Positions 10,292 to 18,796 of a DNA stretch of 52,925 bases are shown here, piece by piece; the first letter of the stretch is position 1, and each line of letters begins with the position of its first letter. The notes below the pieces were generated by a model that did no database searches, was not told where the DNA came from, and was given only the letters and a program-made list of their open reading frames with translations. The stretch covers positions 1 through 52,925 of the forward strand of contig CAXAGT010000005.1 of the NCBI GenBank assembly GCA_963968885.1, read 5' to 3'. A program made the position numbers and the translations under genes. The DNA is from an uncultured Candidatus Poseidoniales archaeon. GTDB taxonomy: Archaea > Thermoplasmatota > Poseidoniia > Poseidoniales > Poseidoniaceae.

Positions 10292-11947
10292 CATTCTTAA
10301 TTCCAACAACTTTGAAACTTCGTCGATTAAGCAATCAATAACATCTCTTTGATGATAAGAACGCATTCTTACTGAGATAGAGATTTTTTCTTGAGTCCCG
10401 GAATTTCTAATCCCAATCGAAATATCTCTGGTGTCTATTTTAGCCCTTATTCTCATCAGGTTTTTTTCTCCTTCAATCCTGTCCCTCTCCCAATTTTCGA
10501 CAGTGAAATGCTTCTGTAAATAGTCCTTAAGCAGAACTTCAGTCTCATCGCTTAATTCATTCGATCCATCCCACTTAGATCTATCAACGCCCTTGATTGA
10601 TTTCCGGTTTTTGTATCCTCTCTCAAGAACAGGAAATGTCGAGGGTTGAGCAAGAGCAGAGAGGTATGCAACGAGGCTTGCTGCTCCGTCTCCAACTAAA
10701 CTAAACGTGTTCTCTTGTACGGGATGTGGACTTGGTAGAACCAAATGGCCAGAATCTTCTACTCCTATCATCATCGGAGAATTATCACTTGAAAGCAAGC
10801 CTCCAAGATTTTTCTTTCCTAAGGCAAAAGCCAACCATCTGTCTCCAACAGCGGTTTCATCGGCTATGTATGTACAGTCCAATCTTTCTAGATTAGTTAA
10901 AAGAGAAAGTTCTGATTCTATGCTGGCAGCTATTTGTATGTGATTGGTTTTTGTGGCCATAGACCTCAAGATTTCATCCGCCATTTCATCACCATCAACG
11001 ACTTTAACGCCAAAGTCGGTCGATTTTAGAAGCAAGCATCGGTCACCGTCACCATCCAAAGCAGCTGCTAGAATAATTCCAGGTGAAGCCTTATCTAGCA
11101 GTCTAATTAACGAATGATGCGAATTTTCAATCTCACCCCACGTCCATGAGTCATTTGGGGATAACTCTCCTGCCCCGCAATTATCATTCATTGCAGTGGC
11201 AAAAGTCGAAATTTCATGGTTTCTAATGCCTCTTGTTTCAAGAAATTGGGAGAACCAATAATGTGCCGAGCCCTTTGATGAATCTAGGAGTAACGGGTCT
11301 GCGACCAGACCATCTCTTTGTAGGGTTGAAATCATTGAACCATAGTTAATTTCAAATTCTGTAAGGCGATTATCTAACCACTGTTTATGTGTATCAGTCG
11401 CCCAAGAATACTCAATATCATTTGCTGAAAAGTCCTTATCTGGAATCATCATTTCCTCTTTGTGAGTTGTGTCGATAGATCTTTCTTCATTAGCAAGACC
11501 GAATGCAGTTTGAGTTAGTGTTTCTTCAATCTCTGGGAATGTTTTGTAACCGTTTTCATCGAATATTTTTACACCAGAGTCAGTTACTGGATTGTGCGAG
11601 GCAGTGATCATGCATCCCGCTGCACAACCGAGTTTCAGAGTCGAGTAGTGCAACAGGGGAGTAGCACATATTCCGATATGAATTACATTAATTCCAACAG
11701 ATTTTAGCCCAAGAGTTAGATGACAAGCAAGTGTTGCATTATTTGGCCTTTCATCCCACCCAATGACAACGGTTTCAGATGATTTTGAAAATAAATTGAT
11801 GCAATGTCCTAAACTTTCTCCAACTAGGCGCATTAATCCGGGTGTTACCTTTCTTTCATTGCTGAAAGCGTTGAGACAATCTAAATCTTCTAATCCTGAA
11901 ATTTCCACTAGCCCTCTAATTCCATCAGTCCCGAATAAGTTCTTCAT
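10286..11947 (-). CDS. glmM: Alpha-D-phosphohexomutase (phosphoglucosamine mutase-like)
   Basis: LFGTDGIRG, phospho-Ser motif TASHNP, metal loop DGDGDR, EDSGH, RNSGTQ; adjacent to a GlmU-like gene. Confidence 0.82.
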   Translation of the reverse strand: MKNLFGTDGIRGLVEISGLEDLDCLNAFSNERKVTPGLMRLVGESLGHCINLFSKSSETVVIGWDERPNNATLACHLTLGLKSVGINVIHIGICATPLLHYSTLKLGCAAGCMITASHNPVTDSGVKIFDENGYKTFPEIEETLTQTAFGLANEERSIDTTHKEEMMIPDKDFSANDIEYSWATDTHKQWLDNRLTEFEINYGSMISTLQRDGLVADPLLLDSSKGSAHYWFSQFLETRGIRNHEISTFATAMNDNCGAGELSPNDSWTWGEIENSHHSLIRLLDKASPGIILAAALDGDGDRCLLLKSTDFGVKVVDGDEMADEILRSMATKTNHIQIAASIESELSLLTNLERLDCTYIADETAVGDRWLAFALGKKNLGGLLSSDNSPMMIGVEDSGHLVLPSPHPVQENTFSLVGDGAASLVAYLSALAQPSTFPVLERGYKNRKSIKGVDRSKWDGSNELSDETEVLLKDYLQKHFTVENWERDRIEGEKNLMRIRAKIDTRDISIGIRNSGTQEKISISVRMRSYHQRDVIDCLIDEVSKLLELRMS

Positions 11948-11957
11948 TCAAACAACC

Positions 11958-12647
11958 TCAGGAAATTCTAGATGATGGCCCATAGATACCCGTAACTGTA
12001 GCATTTGGATGAACAAAACCATTGCAACCAATAACTACTCCAGGGTTTGTTACACTGTTACATCCCAGTTGACAATTTTCGCCAAGTATTGCACCGAATT
12101 TCCGCAAACCACTACCATGGCGCTTTCCATTGATTCTTACATTTACTTCTTTACCATCATTTCTGAGGTTACTCAACTTTGTTCCAGCGCCGAGATTAAC
12201 TCCAGAACCCAGAATAGAATCTCCAACATAATTGAAATGTGGCGCTTTTGCGCCAGGAAGCAATATGCTATGCTTAATCTCTGTACAATGACCCACGATA
12301 GAATCATTGCAAATCCAAGAATATTCTCTTACGTATGCACCATGTCTAACCTCTGCTCCATCTCCGATGAAACAAGGCCCGATGATGTGTACAGAAGGAC
12401 CTATTTTTGCTGATTTAGAAATAAAAATTGCACCTTGTGTGTCATCATAAGTACACTCAAGTTCTTCTAGGTCGGCTCCATCTTTGGAAGAAGAGATCAA
12501 GGCTAACAGTTGTGCTCTTAATCCTAATTTAGAACTAGGTTCCAAAATTGTCCATGCAGGCGAATTTTCTGGAAATACTGGCAATCCCAAACCCTCTCCG
12601 AGTGATGGAAAAAGTTCCTTGGAGTAAGTAGAATTCGGCCACTGCAT
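11958..12647 (-). CDS. Stand-alone left-handed beta-helix acetyltransferase (GlmU C-terminal domain, GlcN-1-P N-acetyltransferase-like)
   Basis: Hexapeptide repeats and APHFNYVGDSILG..NLGAGT..NLR.D...RKFGAILG, as in archaeal GlmU; no N-terminal nucleotidyltransferase motif. Confidence 0.82.
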   Translation of the reverse strand: MQWPNSTYSKELFPSLGEGLGLPVFPENSPAWTILEPSSKLGLRAQLLALISSSKDGADLEELECTYDDTQGAIFISKSAKIGPSVHIIGPCFIGDGAEVRHGAYVREYSWICNDSIVGHCTEIKHSILLPGAKAPHFNYVGDSILGSGVNLGAGTKLSNLRNDGKEVNVRINGKRHGSGLRKFGAILGENCQLGCNSVTNPGVVIGCNGFVHPNATVTGIYGPSSRIS

Positions 12648-12691
12648 GATTTAGGCGAGAATGACAATTTTCAAGAAACTATTCATTACAT

Positions 12692-12943
12692 TCATGCAGC
12701 AATACTGTAAATTCTCTTACCTGTTGTGTTATCCAATTGGTAAGAAACACGGTCGGCAAGATATCTTGGTATGAAAAATCCAACTTTTCTAGTAGTGAGT
12801 CCATGGTTTCTCATTTTTCTTTCATTGCTTAGGTAATTTACAATGTCTGCAGCACTGCATGAAGGCTGCGAAGCTACATATTCTTCAATTTCTTTCATTA
12901 GTCTCTCAAGTCTCGCTTGCTTCTGACTTCCTCTTCCGTTCAT
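12692..12943 (-). CDS. Small basic winged-helix-like protein
   Basis: 83 aa with helix-SAADIVNYL-helix-GLTTRKVG followed by a beta-hairpin pattern; TTAATA at -30. Confidence 0.65.
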   Translation of the reverse strand: MNGRGSQKQARLERLMKEIEEYVASQPSCSAADIVNYLSNERKMRNHGLTTRKVGFFIPRYLADRVSYQLDNTTGKRIYSIAA

Positions 12944-13003
12944 GAATATACATTGGTTGTCAGAGAATATTAACTATACTTGGGATGTCTCGGGGAGCCC
13001 ACA

Positions 13004-13810
13004 TTAGATGACATCTAGGACTTCATCAAAAACAAAGGATGATCCTCGTCTGAATAGATTTTGATGAAAATTTCTTTGGTTGATGTGCTGGACTCTTGCA
13101 AGTTTACCTCTGTTGTTGTAAGATCCTCTTCTTGTGTGTAGCGGTACATACACATCCTTTAGATCAAAAATACTCCCTTCTAAGTCGGTCAATTGGTTTG
13201 CGACGGTCTCTCTAACGCCATCATAAGTCACTACTGAGGGAGATATATCAGGGACATCATTTTCGTGAAGGCGTATAATTCCCTCTCCAATTTTCGCAGG
13301 TTTCCAAGATCCCTTTATTCCGTTATCTAACCACTCAAACATCTTTTTCATTTGTGGCTTTGTTGCAAAGCCGAGGTATGTCCCCTCTCTCCAATTCTCA
13401 GATCTTGCTAAGGTCACATGGTGAACACCGGGATTTGAATGCCTAGAATCCAAACCATCAGACCAAACCCTACACAATCCGTCAATTACGACTCTAAAAA
13501 TTGGCATAGATCCAATTCTCAGGTTCGACAATGCCCAAGGATTTGCAAGTTCTCCAAGCAGAAGAATGGGGAATCTATCTTCCATACCATGCTCATTTTT
13601 CTGTTCGAGTAGTAATTTAATCGATTTTTGGCCAACCATTAACTGGGAAATCTTATTCCTTAAATCCTCTAATTTTTGATGCCCATTTGACCAACTTTGC
13701 AAGGTAATTTTCTCGATTTTGGAATCCGAATAAAAGTAAGAAGAATTGGTGAGCGGGAGGGGGGATGTATTAGGATTGTATAGCCAAAGTCGTGGAGAAA
13801 CTTCATCCAT
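13004..13810 (-). CDS. Hypothetical soluble protein
   Basis: About 270-280 aa ORF filling the gap. Start at 13810 or 13849; no recognised motif. Confidence 0.65.
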   Translation of the reverse strand: MDEVSPRLWLYNPNTSPLPLTNSSYFYSDSKIEKITLQSWSNGHQKLEDLRNKISQLMVGQKSIKLLLEQKNEHGMEDRFPILLLGELANPWALSNLRIGSMPIFRVVIDGLCRVWSDGLDSRHSNPGVHHVTLARSENWREGTYLGFATKPQMKKMFEWLDNGIKGSWKPAKIGEGIIRLHENDVPDISPSVVTYDGVRETVANQLTDLEGSIFDLKDVYVPLHTRRGSYNNRGKLARVQHINQRNFHQNLFRRGSSFVFDEVLDVI

Positions 13811-13849
13811 AGTAATTCCAATCGTTGATTGGACATAATATGCTCGCAT

Positions 13850-14251
13850 TTAGTTGTTGAAAATCGACTCAGTACCACAAGCGGGACAAGTTACCTTGAT
13901 TGGGCGAATTGATGGAATCCCCAAAGGCGCACTACAAGCAGGGCAAAGGATAGCTTCAGTGACTTGTTGTCTATTTTGTTGGGCACTTTGGGATGGATTG
14001 TAATCAAACCTCATTCCCGATTTTTCGATTCTTTGCGGGCTATTGTTTGCAGTTGCAGAGTCCAAGAATTCTTTTTCTTTCGATTGAATTGTAACCGTAT
14101 TCGTTTCTTGACCCGCTGCATTAGGTAACATAGCCTCAATCTGCTGAGTTGATATGCCATAAATTCTTGACGCGGTATCTATCTCGAGTACTCTATCATA
14201 TCCGGATAATCTCGAAATCCTGGTTAATTCTTCTCTTGGAATATCTGCCAT
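13850..14251 (-). CDS. Hypothetical protein with C-terminal zinc ribbon
   Basis: CPAC-x15-CPAC at the C-terminus. Confidence 0.75.
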   Translation of the reverse strand: MADIPREELTRISRLSGYDRVLEIDTASRIYGISTQQIEAMLPNAAGQETNTVTIQSKEKEFLDSATANNSPQRIEKSGMRFDYNPSQSAQQNRQQVTEAILCPACSAPLGIPSIRPIKVTCPACGTESIFNN

Positions 14252-14391
14252 AAACTCTGATGAATGCTAGTGGTTTTCAGTTTTGCTTTTTGGTGCTGTA
14301 ATTATGATTCAATTTCATATTCAAATATCCACATCGTTTCGAAACCCTTGAAAAAGAGGCGCGATGGGGCGAGTTTGAAGGGAGTGGGATT

Positions 14392-14862
14392 ATGGGTAGG
14401 ACAAAGAGGCGCTTATCGTCTAAACAAACTAGGTCAAAAAATGGTAGTTTAGATGCTAGATCACTTACTTGTAAATCTACAATGAGTGAAGCAAATATCA
14501 TTTTTGAAAATCAATCGATGGCAGATGTGCTTCATATTTTGACTTCAAAGAATCTCGATCACGTCATCGTTATCAATAATGATTACGTTCCATTGGGAAG
14601 GCTTCATGCAGTGGACGTACTAAAACTAATTTCCAAAAAAACGGTAAACAGGTCAATCGCATGGATGCATGGAGTTCCTGCAGGTCAAATTTTGACCAAC
14701 CCGCCACTTACCGTCAAAGAAACAACTCCTTTGCTGAAGGCTGCTGTTTTGATGTTAACACACGATTTGAATCAATTGCCCGTTGTAGATGAAGACGGAG
14801 CACTGGTTGGCGTTGTTGGATACAAGACTATTGCAAGGCACATACCAAAATTCATTTTGTAA
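14392..14862 (+). CDS. CBS domain pair protein
   Basis: Tandem CBS pattern (PLTVKETTPL..AAVLM....QLPVVDEDGALVGVV); SD-like GGAGTG upstream. Confidence 0.85.
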   Translation: MGRTKRRLSSKQTRSKNGSLDARSLTCKSTMSEANIIFENQSMADVLHILTSKNLDHVIVINNDYVPLGRLHAVDVLKLISKKTVNRSIAWMHGVPAGQILTNPPLTVKETTPLLKAAVLMLTHDLNQLPVVDEDGALVGVVGYKTIARHIPKFIL

Positions 14863-14866
14863 TTGC

Positions 14867-15985
14867 CTAAATGCCCCAATATCTTTCTGTTTGGGTCTGT
14901 CTTTCTTTGAGTGAATTCTTCAGTAAAATGGCTCCCCATAGGACAATGAACCAGATTACAGGTGCTGCAATCTCATTCAATATAGCTGCTGGACTGAATG
15001 TGAAGCTACCTTCTACCACAGTTCTTGAGATGTCTAATGAGGTATCAAAGAACGAGTATATCAACATTCCAAAAATGGATAGGATTACAACACGTCCTGA
15101 AAACGCTCCTCTCTTGATTCTAAGCAAAGTAAAGCCAATAGTGGTGGATAAGAAAGCGATTACTATCCACATTAGAGATGCTTGAAATGTGTCGATATAG
15201 ACGATAGAATTATCTAAATTCAAGGCGATGTCATTAGAGTAGGTCCTCCACCCCTCGGCAACTGCGAAAAATACACTGAATACAGAAACTCCCCAGAAAA
15301 TGGATGAAATCATTGCTGCATCGGTGTTATCTCTCATCTCACCAACAACTTTCTGGACACTGGATTCGACACCAGCTCCCTTGGCTAGTAAGAATAGTCC
15401 TGTTAGTAAAGGCAGTGCCCCGATAACAATTCCACCGATTTCGTTTGGAAGCATAATCCCAAAACCAAGTATTGCTATAATTAATCCGAATGGGATCATT
15501 ACTTTTGATCTCCACTTTTCGTCTTCTAAAGCCTTAACGATATAGTAGTAGGTTCCTTCTATGCCCTTTGATTGTTTTACGATTATTTTTTCGATATGAG
15601 AAATTCTCACCTGGGATTGAATTATTGGTAATACTGATTCATCCTCAGCCCCGTCGGTGACTAGAATCGCTTGATCTGGTTGGAAATTTCCTACTACTTC
15701 CTCAAGTTGGGCAGCAACAGCTCTGTCAGATCTCATGCCAACATTCTGGTCTCCAGTTAATATTGCAACTTCAACCAAGTCATCTTTTTCCTTCGAGTCA
15801 TTTATTGCATCGTGTTGTGAAAGTGCCCCGAGGATTGCATTTGTATCTGATTCTTCAGGGTCTGCCATTCCAAGTTTTAGTGCTGCTGCAAGAACATCTC
15901 TTCTACCTACAACAGGTCCGCGAATCGATGTTTTTACTCCGAGATCGTTGTCTCTGTCAACTGTTAGAACCAAAGTTCTGGTCAT
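14867..15985 (-). CDS. DUF373 family archaeal membrane protein
   Basis: LVLTVDRDNDLG, DPEESDTN, VTDGAEDE..LPIIQS, VKQS..IE.TYY, C-terminal TM helices. Confidence 0.9.
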   Translation of the reverse strand: MTRTLVLTVDRDNDLGVKTSIRGPVVGRRDVLAAALKLGMADPEESDTNAILGALSQHDAINDSKEKDDLVEVAILTGDQNVGMRSDRAVAAQLEEVVGNFQPDQAILVTDGAEDESVLPIIQSQVRISHIEKIIVKQSKGIEGTYYYIVKALEDEKWRSKVMIPFGLIIAILGFGIMLPNEIGGIVIGALPLLTGLFLLAKGAGVESSVQKVVGEMRDNTDAAMISSIFWGVSVFSVFFAVAEGWRTYSNDIALNLDNSIVYIDTFQASLMWIVIAFLSTTIGFTLLRIKRGAFSGRVVILSIFGMLIYSFFDTSLDISRTVVEGSFTFSPAAILNEIAAPVIWFIVLWGAILLKNSLKERQTQTERYWGI

Positions 15986-16048
15986 CCGTCATCCCCCCTT
16001 AGGACATCCTAAGCAGTTCTAAGTAGAACTACTGATATAAAAATCCCA

Positions 16049-17302
16049 TTAATCACCATTACTTCCAACGTCATCACTATCGTTGTTGTTTTTTGGCTCG
16101 GTTCTTTGTCTCATTGAATTACTTCTTTGTTTTGCCCGTATGTATTTTAGAGGATGATTCATCCATTCAATATCACATATCCTATCATCGCCAGGAAGGA
16201 CAGGGCAATTGTGATTCACCTTGAGTTTTCCACATCCAGAAGGAGTGTATTCTCTGTCGTAAATATGAGCTACTTGGTACGAAGTAGTCTGCTCGGAAAA
16301 GTCAGGGGCGCCTCTGAAGAAGTCCACACATGCTTCTTGTGGTAGTGCTAGCGTGGATGCCATCGAAGCCATGAAAACTCTTCCAAAATGGTTCACGTTT
16401 ACTCCTTGAGCTAGTTGAGCCACAGTGTTTTTCATACAGGGTGGCCATTCTTCTTGGCTTGCACCGACTAATTCAATTGCATCTTTCTGTATCTTTGACA
16501 TCTGGCTTCTCAGCATTCCCACCGGCTCGGCTAATCTTATTGCCAATTCAGTGGTTACATCAGCAACTCGGGAAAGCGCGTCCTTTTCGATTTCTTGCTT
16601 AAACCGCTCACGCATCAATCTTGCAAGTTTTTTGGAGGAGTTGTATTCGGTCTCATGATGAAGTTTAATCCATCCATCTTTGATGTTTGTATTCGGTAAT
16701 CTCCACCTGTCTCCGGTGATCTTTGGGCAGACTTCGATGTAGTCTGACAAACCAATATTCCATGTTTTGCCTTGTTCAACTTGGTTTAATTTCATCATCA
16801 GAGAACCGGTACTTTTCATTGAAGAAAGTCCGTGTCTTGAACTATTTACATTGACTGAATCCTCACTTTTTATCTCAGTGAAATAACTTTTTGCGATTAA
16901 ATCGAGATGTTGCTCATCAAAGACAACTCCTTTCTCGCTAACCAACATTCTTTCAGCCCTTTCTGCTTCAGTCTGAGCCCATCTTGCGATTAATTTCTCA
17001 TCTTCAGAAGCACAAATTACAAGTCGAGCATAGTAGAAAGCAAAAGCCTCAATAATTTGCCCATCTTCACTCCAAACATCGTTGCTTGATTGTGAAGTTT
17101 TATCTCTTTCTAAGCTATCCAAAAGTCGCTGTCTTGCCCTTAATCGAGCTTTTTCCATACTCGGACCTTCGAGTAAAGTATCCAAATCAATCCCATGTTT
17201 TCCAGCCAGACCCGCAATCCACGGACTTGCCTGGGGCAGGAAAGGAAACCTGGCAAGCAAGCGCCCTTCGGCAATTGCAGGTTTCAAATCCGGTATAGGC
17301 AT
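16049..17302 (-). CDS. priL: DNA primase large subunit
   Basis: ARFPFL, WPPCM, NHFGR, APDF....T.YQV.HI, YTPSGC with further Fe-S cluster Cys, HPLKY. GGAGTG upstream of ATG 17302. Confidence 0.92.
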   Translation of the reverse strand: MPIPDLKPAIAEGRLLARFPFLPQASPWIAGLAGKHGIDLDTLLEGPSMEKARLRARQRLLDSLERDKTSQSSNDVWSEDGQIIEAFAFYYARLVICASEDEKLIARWAQTEAERAERMLVSEKGVVFDEQHLDLIAKSYFTEIKSEDSVNVNSSRHGLSSMKSTGSLMMKLNQVEQGKTWNIGLSDYIEVCPKITGDRWRLPNTNIKDGWIKLHHETEYNSSKKLARLMRERFKQEIEKDALSRVADVTTELAIRLAEPVGMLRSQMSKIQKDAIELVGASQEEWPPCMKNTVAQLAQGVNVNHFGRVFMASMASTLALPQEACVDFFRGAPDFSEQTTSYQVAHIYDREYTPSGCGKLKVNHNCPVLPGDDRICDIEWMNHPLKYIRAKQRSNSMRQRTEPKNNNDSDDVGSNGD

Positions 17303-17386
17303 CAAACACGCCACTCCTTCGAGTAATTATAGATGTTTGATAGAATCATGCCAACCAATTGAAGAACATCTTGTCGTGGGAGCAAT

Positions 17387-18118
17387 ATGCTCAAGCCAGC
17401 ATACTCCTCTTTGCTGGAAATTCAAGACCTTGTGAGAAAGGATTTTGCTTGGTCTGAAAAAGAGGATTTAGAATCCGCTATTAGTCTGGAGACAGCATTC
17501 AATAATCCCAATCCATTTGGTGTAGAAAAATGGAACAATTCAAGTTTTTTTAGAAATATAATATTGTTGAAGGATAGACTTTCTCAAGCAGAAAAGGTAC
17601 TCTTTGTTGGTGCTGCGGCTAGAGTTGAAGAAGTATCAAGTGAAACTAGCAAAGGTTGTGTTGTTATTGCAGCAGACGGTGCTGTCGGTGCTGTGGAAGA
17701 TTTAAGCACACTTGGCGCAATAGTATCTGACTTTGACGGCAATAATCATCTAGATCAAGCAGCATCATCTGGCCATCTTGTGATTGCCCATGCCCACGGA
17801 GACAATCTTTCTCTGTGGAAAGATAAGCTTCAAAGTTGGTCTAAATTTGAAAACCCGCCCGAACTAATTTTCACTCATCAAACTAATTCTGAATTTGACT
17901 TCATCGTTAATCCTGGAGGATTTACTGACGGTGATCGTGCACTTGCATTCGTTTTATCCTTGGGAATTTCAAAAGAAAAACTCAGATTCGTGGGATATAG
18001 TATGACTCCGTCTTCAAGTTGGTCTACGTTGACAAATCCTTCACGTAAGGCGAAAAAGCTCATTTGGATGAAGGAAGTTTTCAAAATCTGTGGACTGGAA
18101 AATGAAATAGATGTATGA
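17387..18118 (+). CDS. mptE: 6-hydroxymethyl-7,8-dihydropterin pyrophosphokinase (MptE/DUF115)
   Basis: IAADGA, IVSDFDG, HAHGDN, NPGGFTDGDRA, K.KKL.W. Confidence 0.88.
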   Translation: MLKPAYSSLLEIQDLVRKDFAWSEKEDLESAISLETAFNNPNPFGVEKWNNSSFFRNIILLKDRLSQAEKVLFVGAAARVEEVSSETSKGCVVIAADGAVGAVEDLSTLGAIVSDFDGNNHLDQAASSGHLVIAHAHGDNLSLWKDKLQSWSKFENPPELIFTHQTNSEFDFIVNPGGFTDGDRALAFVLSLGISKEKLRFVGYSMTPSSSWSTLTNPSRKAKKLIWMKEVFKICGLENEIDV

Positions 18119-18163
18119 AATTTAATAACATTACATTAAACACGAGAGGTGTCTAAGTAGCAT

Positions 18164-18796
18164 GTGGAGATTTCTGCTAAGAAATTAAGGCTACTTTCCT
18201 TGTGGATTGTGTCATTAGTAGTTGTTAATTTGATTTGGTCTAATGTTTCGAGCATGACAGCTATTCAAGAATTGAATGATTTTGAAAGAGAAGTTGATGA
18301 GTTGGCTGAGATTGAACTGTCACAATTTTTTGGATCCCAAAAAGCAATGCCAGTTACCATTGTAACCGAAACCAGTGGAGGGGAAAATTCCGGGGAATCT
18401 TTTACCTGGATTCTGACTGAAGAATCGGGAGAGGAATTGTATCGCTGGTCAGGAAATTACAACACATCAATCCCCGAATGGAGCGCTGAATTAGAACCAG
18501 GACTTTACTCGATACAGGTACAGCATCCTGATTATGTTAGCGTCAAACAATACGCCGAAATCTCACCACTTGCTTCACATGAAGATAACGTCAGAATTTT
18601 TCTGAACCTTGGGCTTTTCCTAATCGCTTTAATCGATTTTGTCATAAGGAGTAAAATTTCTAAAATAGATTCAAAACCTGAATCCAAATCCACTCAAACT
18701 CCACCATCTTTTCAGAAAATCGCAAGATTTGATGAATCAGAAGGAGTAGAGGGCAATCAAAGTCCTTGGAGAGACCCGATCACAGGAAATCTGTGA
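18164..18796 (+). CDS. Hypothetical membrane protein (2 TM flanking a beta-rich external domain)
   Basis: Hydrophobic N-terminal and C-proximal segments; Ig-like strand LEPGLYSIQV. Confidence 0.65.
   Translation: MEISAKKLRLLSLWIVSLVVVNLIWSNVSSMTAIQELNDFEREVDELAEIELSQFFGSQKAMPVTIVTETSGGENSGESFTWILTEESGEELYRWSGNYNTSIPEWSAELEPGLYSIQVQHPDYVSVKQYAEISPLASHEDNVRIFLNLGLFLIALIDFVIRSKISKIDSKPESKSTQTPPSFQKIARFDESEGVEGNQSPWRDPITGNL

Noticed and set aside
14257-14290. Hammerhead-like CTGATGA core
   Set aside because: No flanking stems or correctly placed GAAA; the region is the promoter of the Zn-ribbon gene.
17387-18118. MptE as evidence of methanopterin or methanogenesis
   Set aside because: MptE also replaces FolK in non-methanogenic archaea, and no other C1 genes are in the window.
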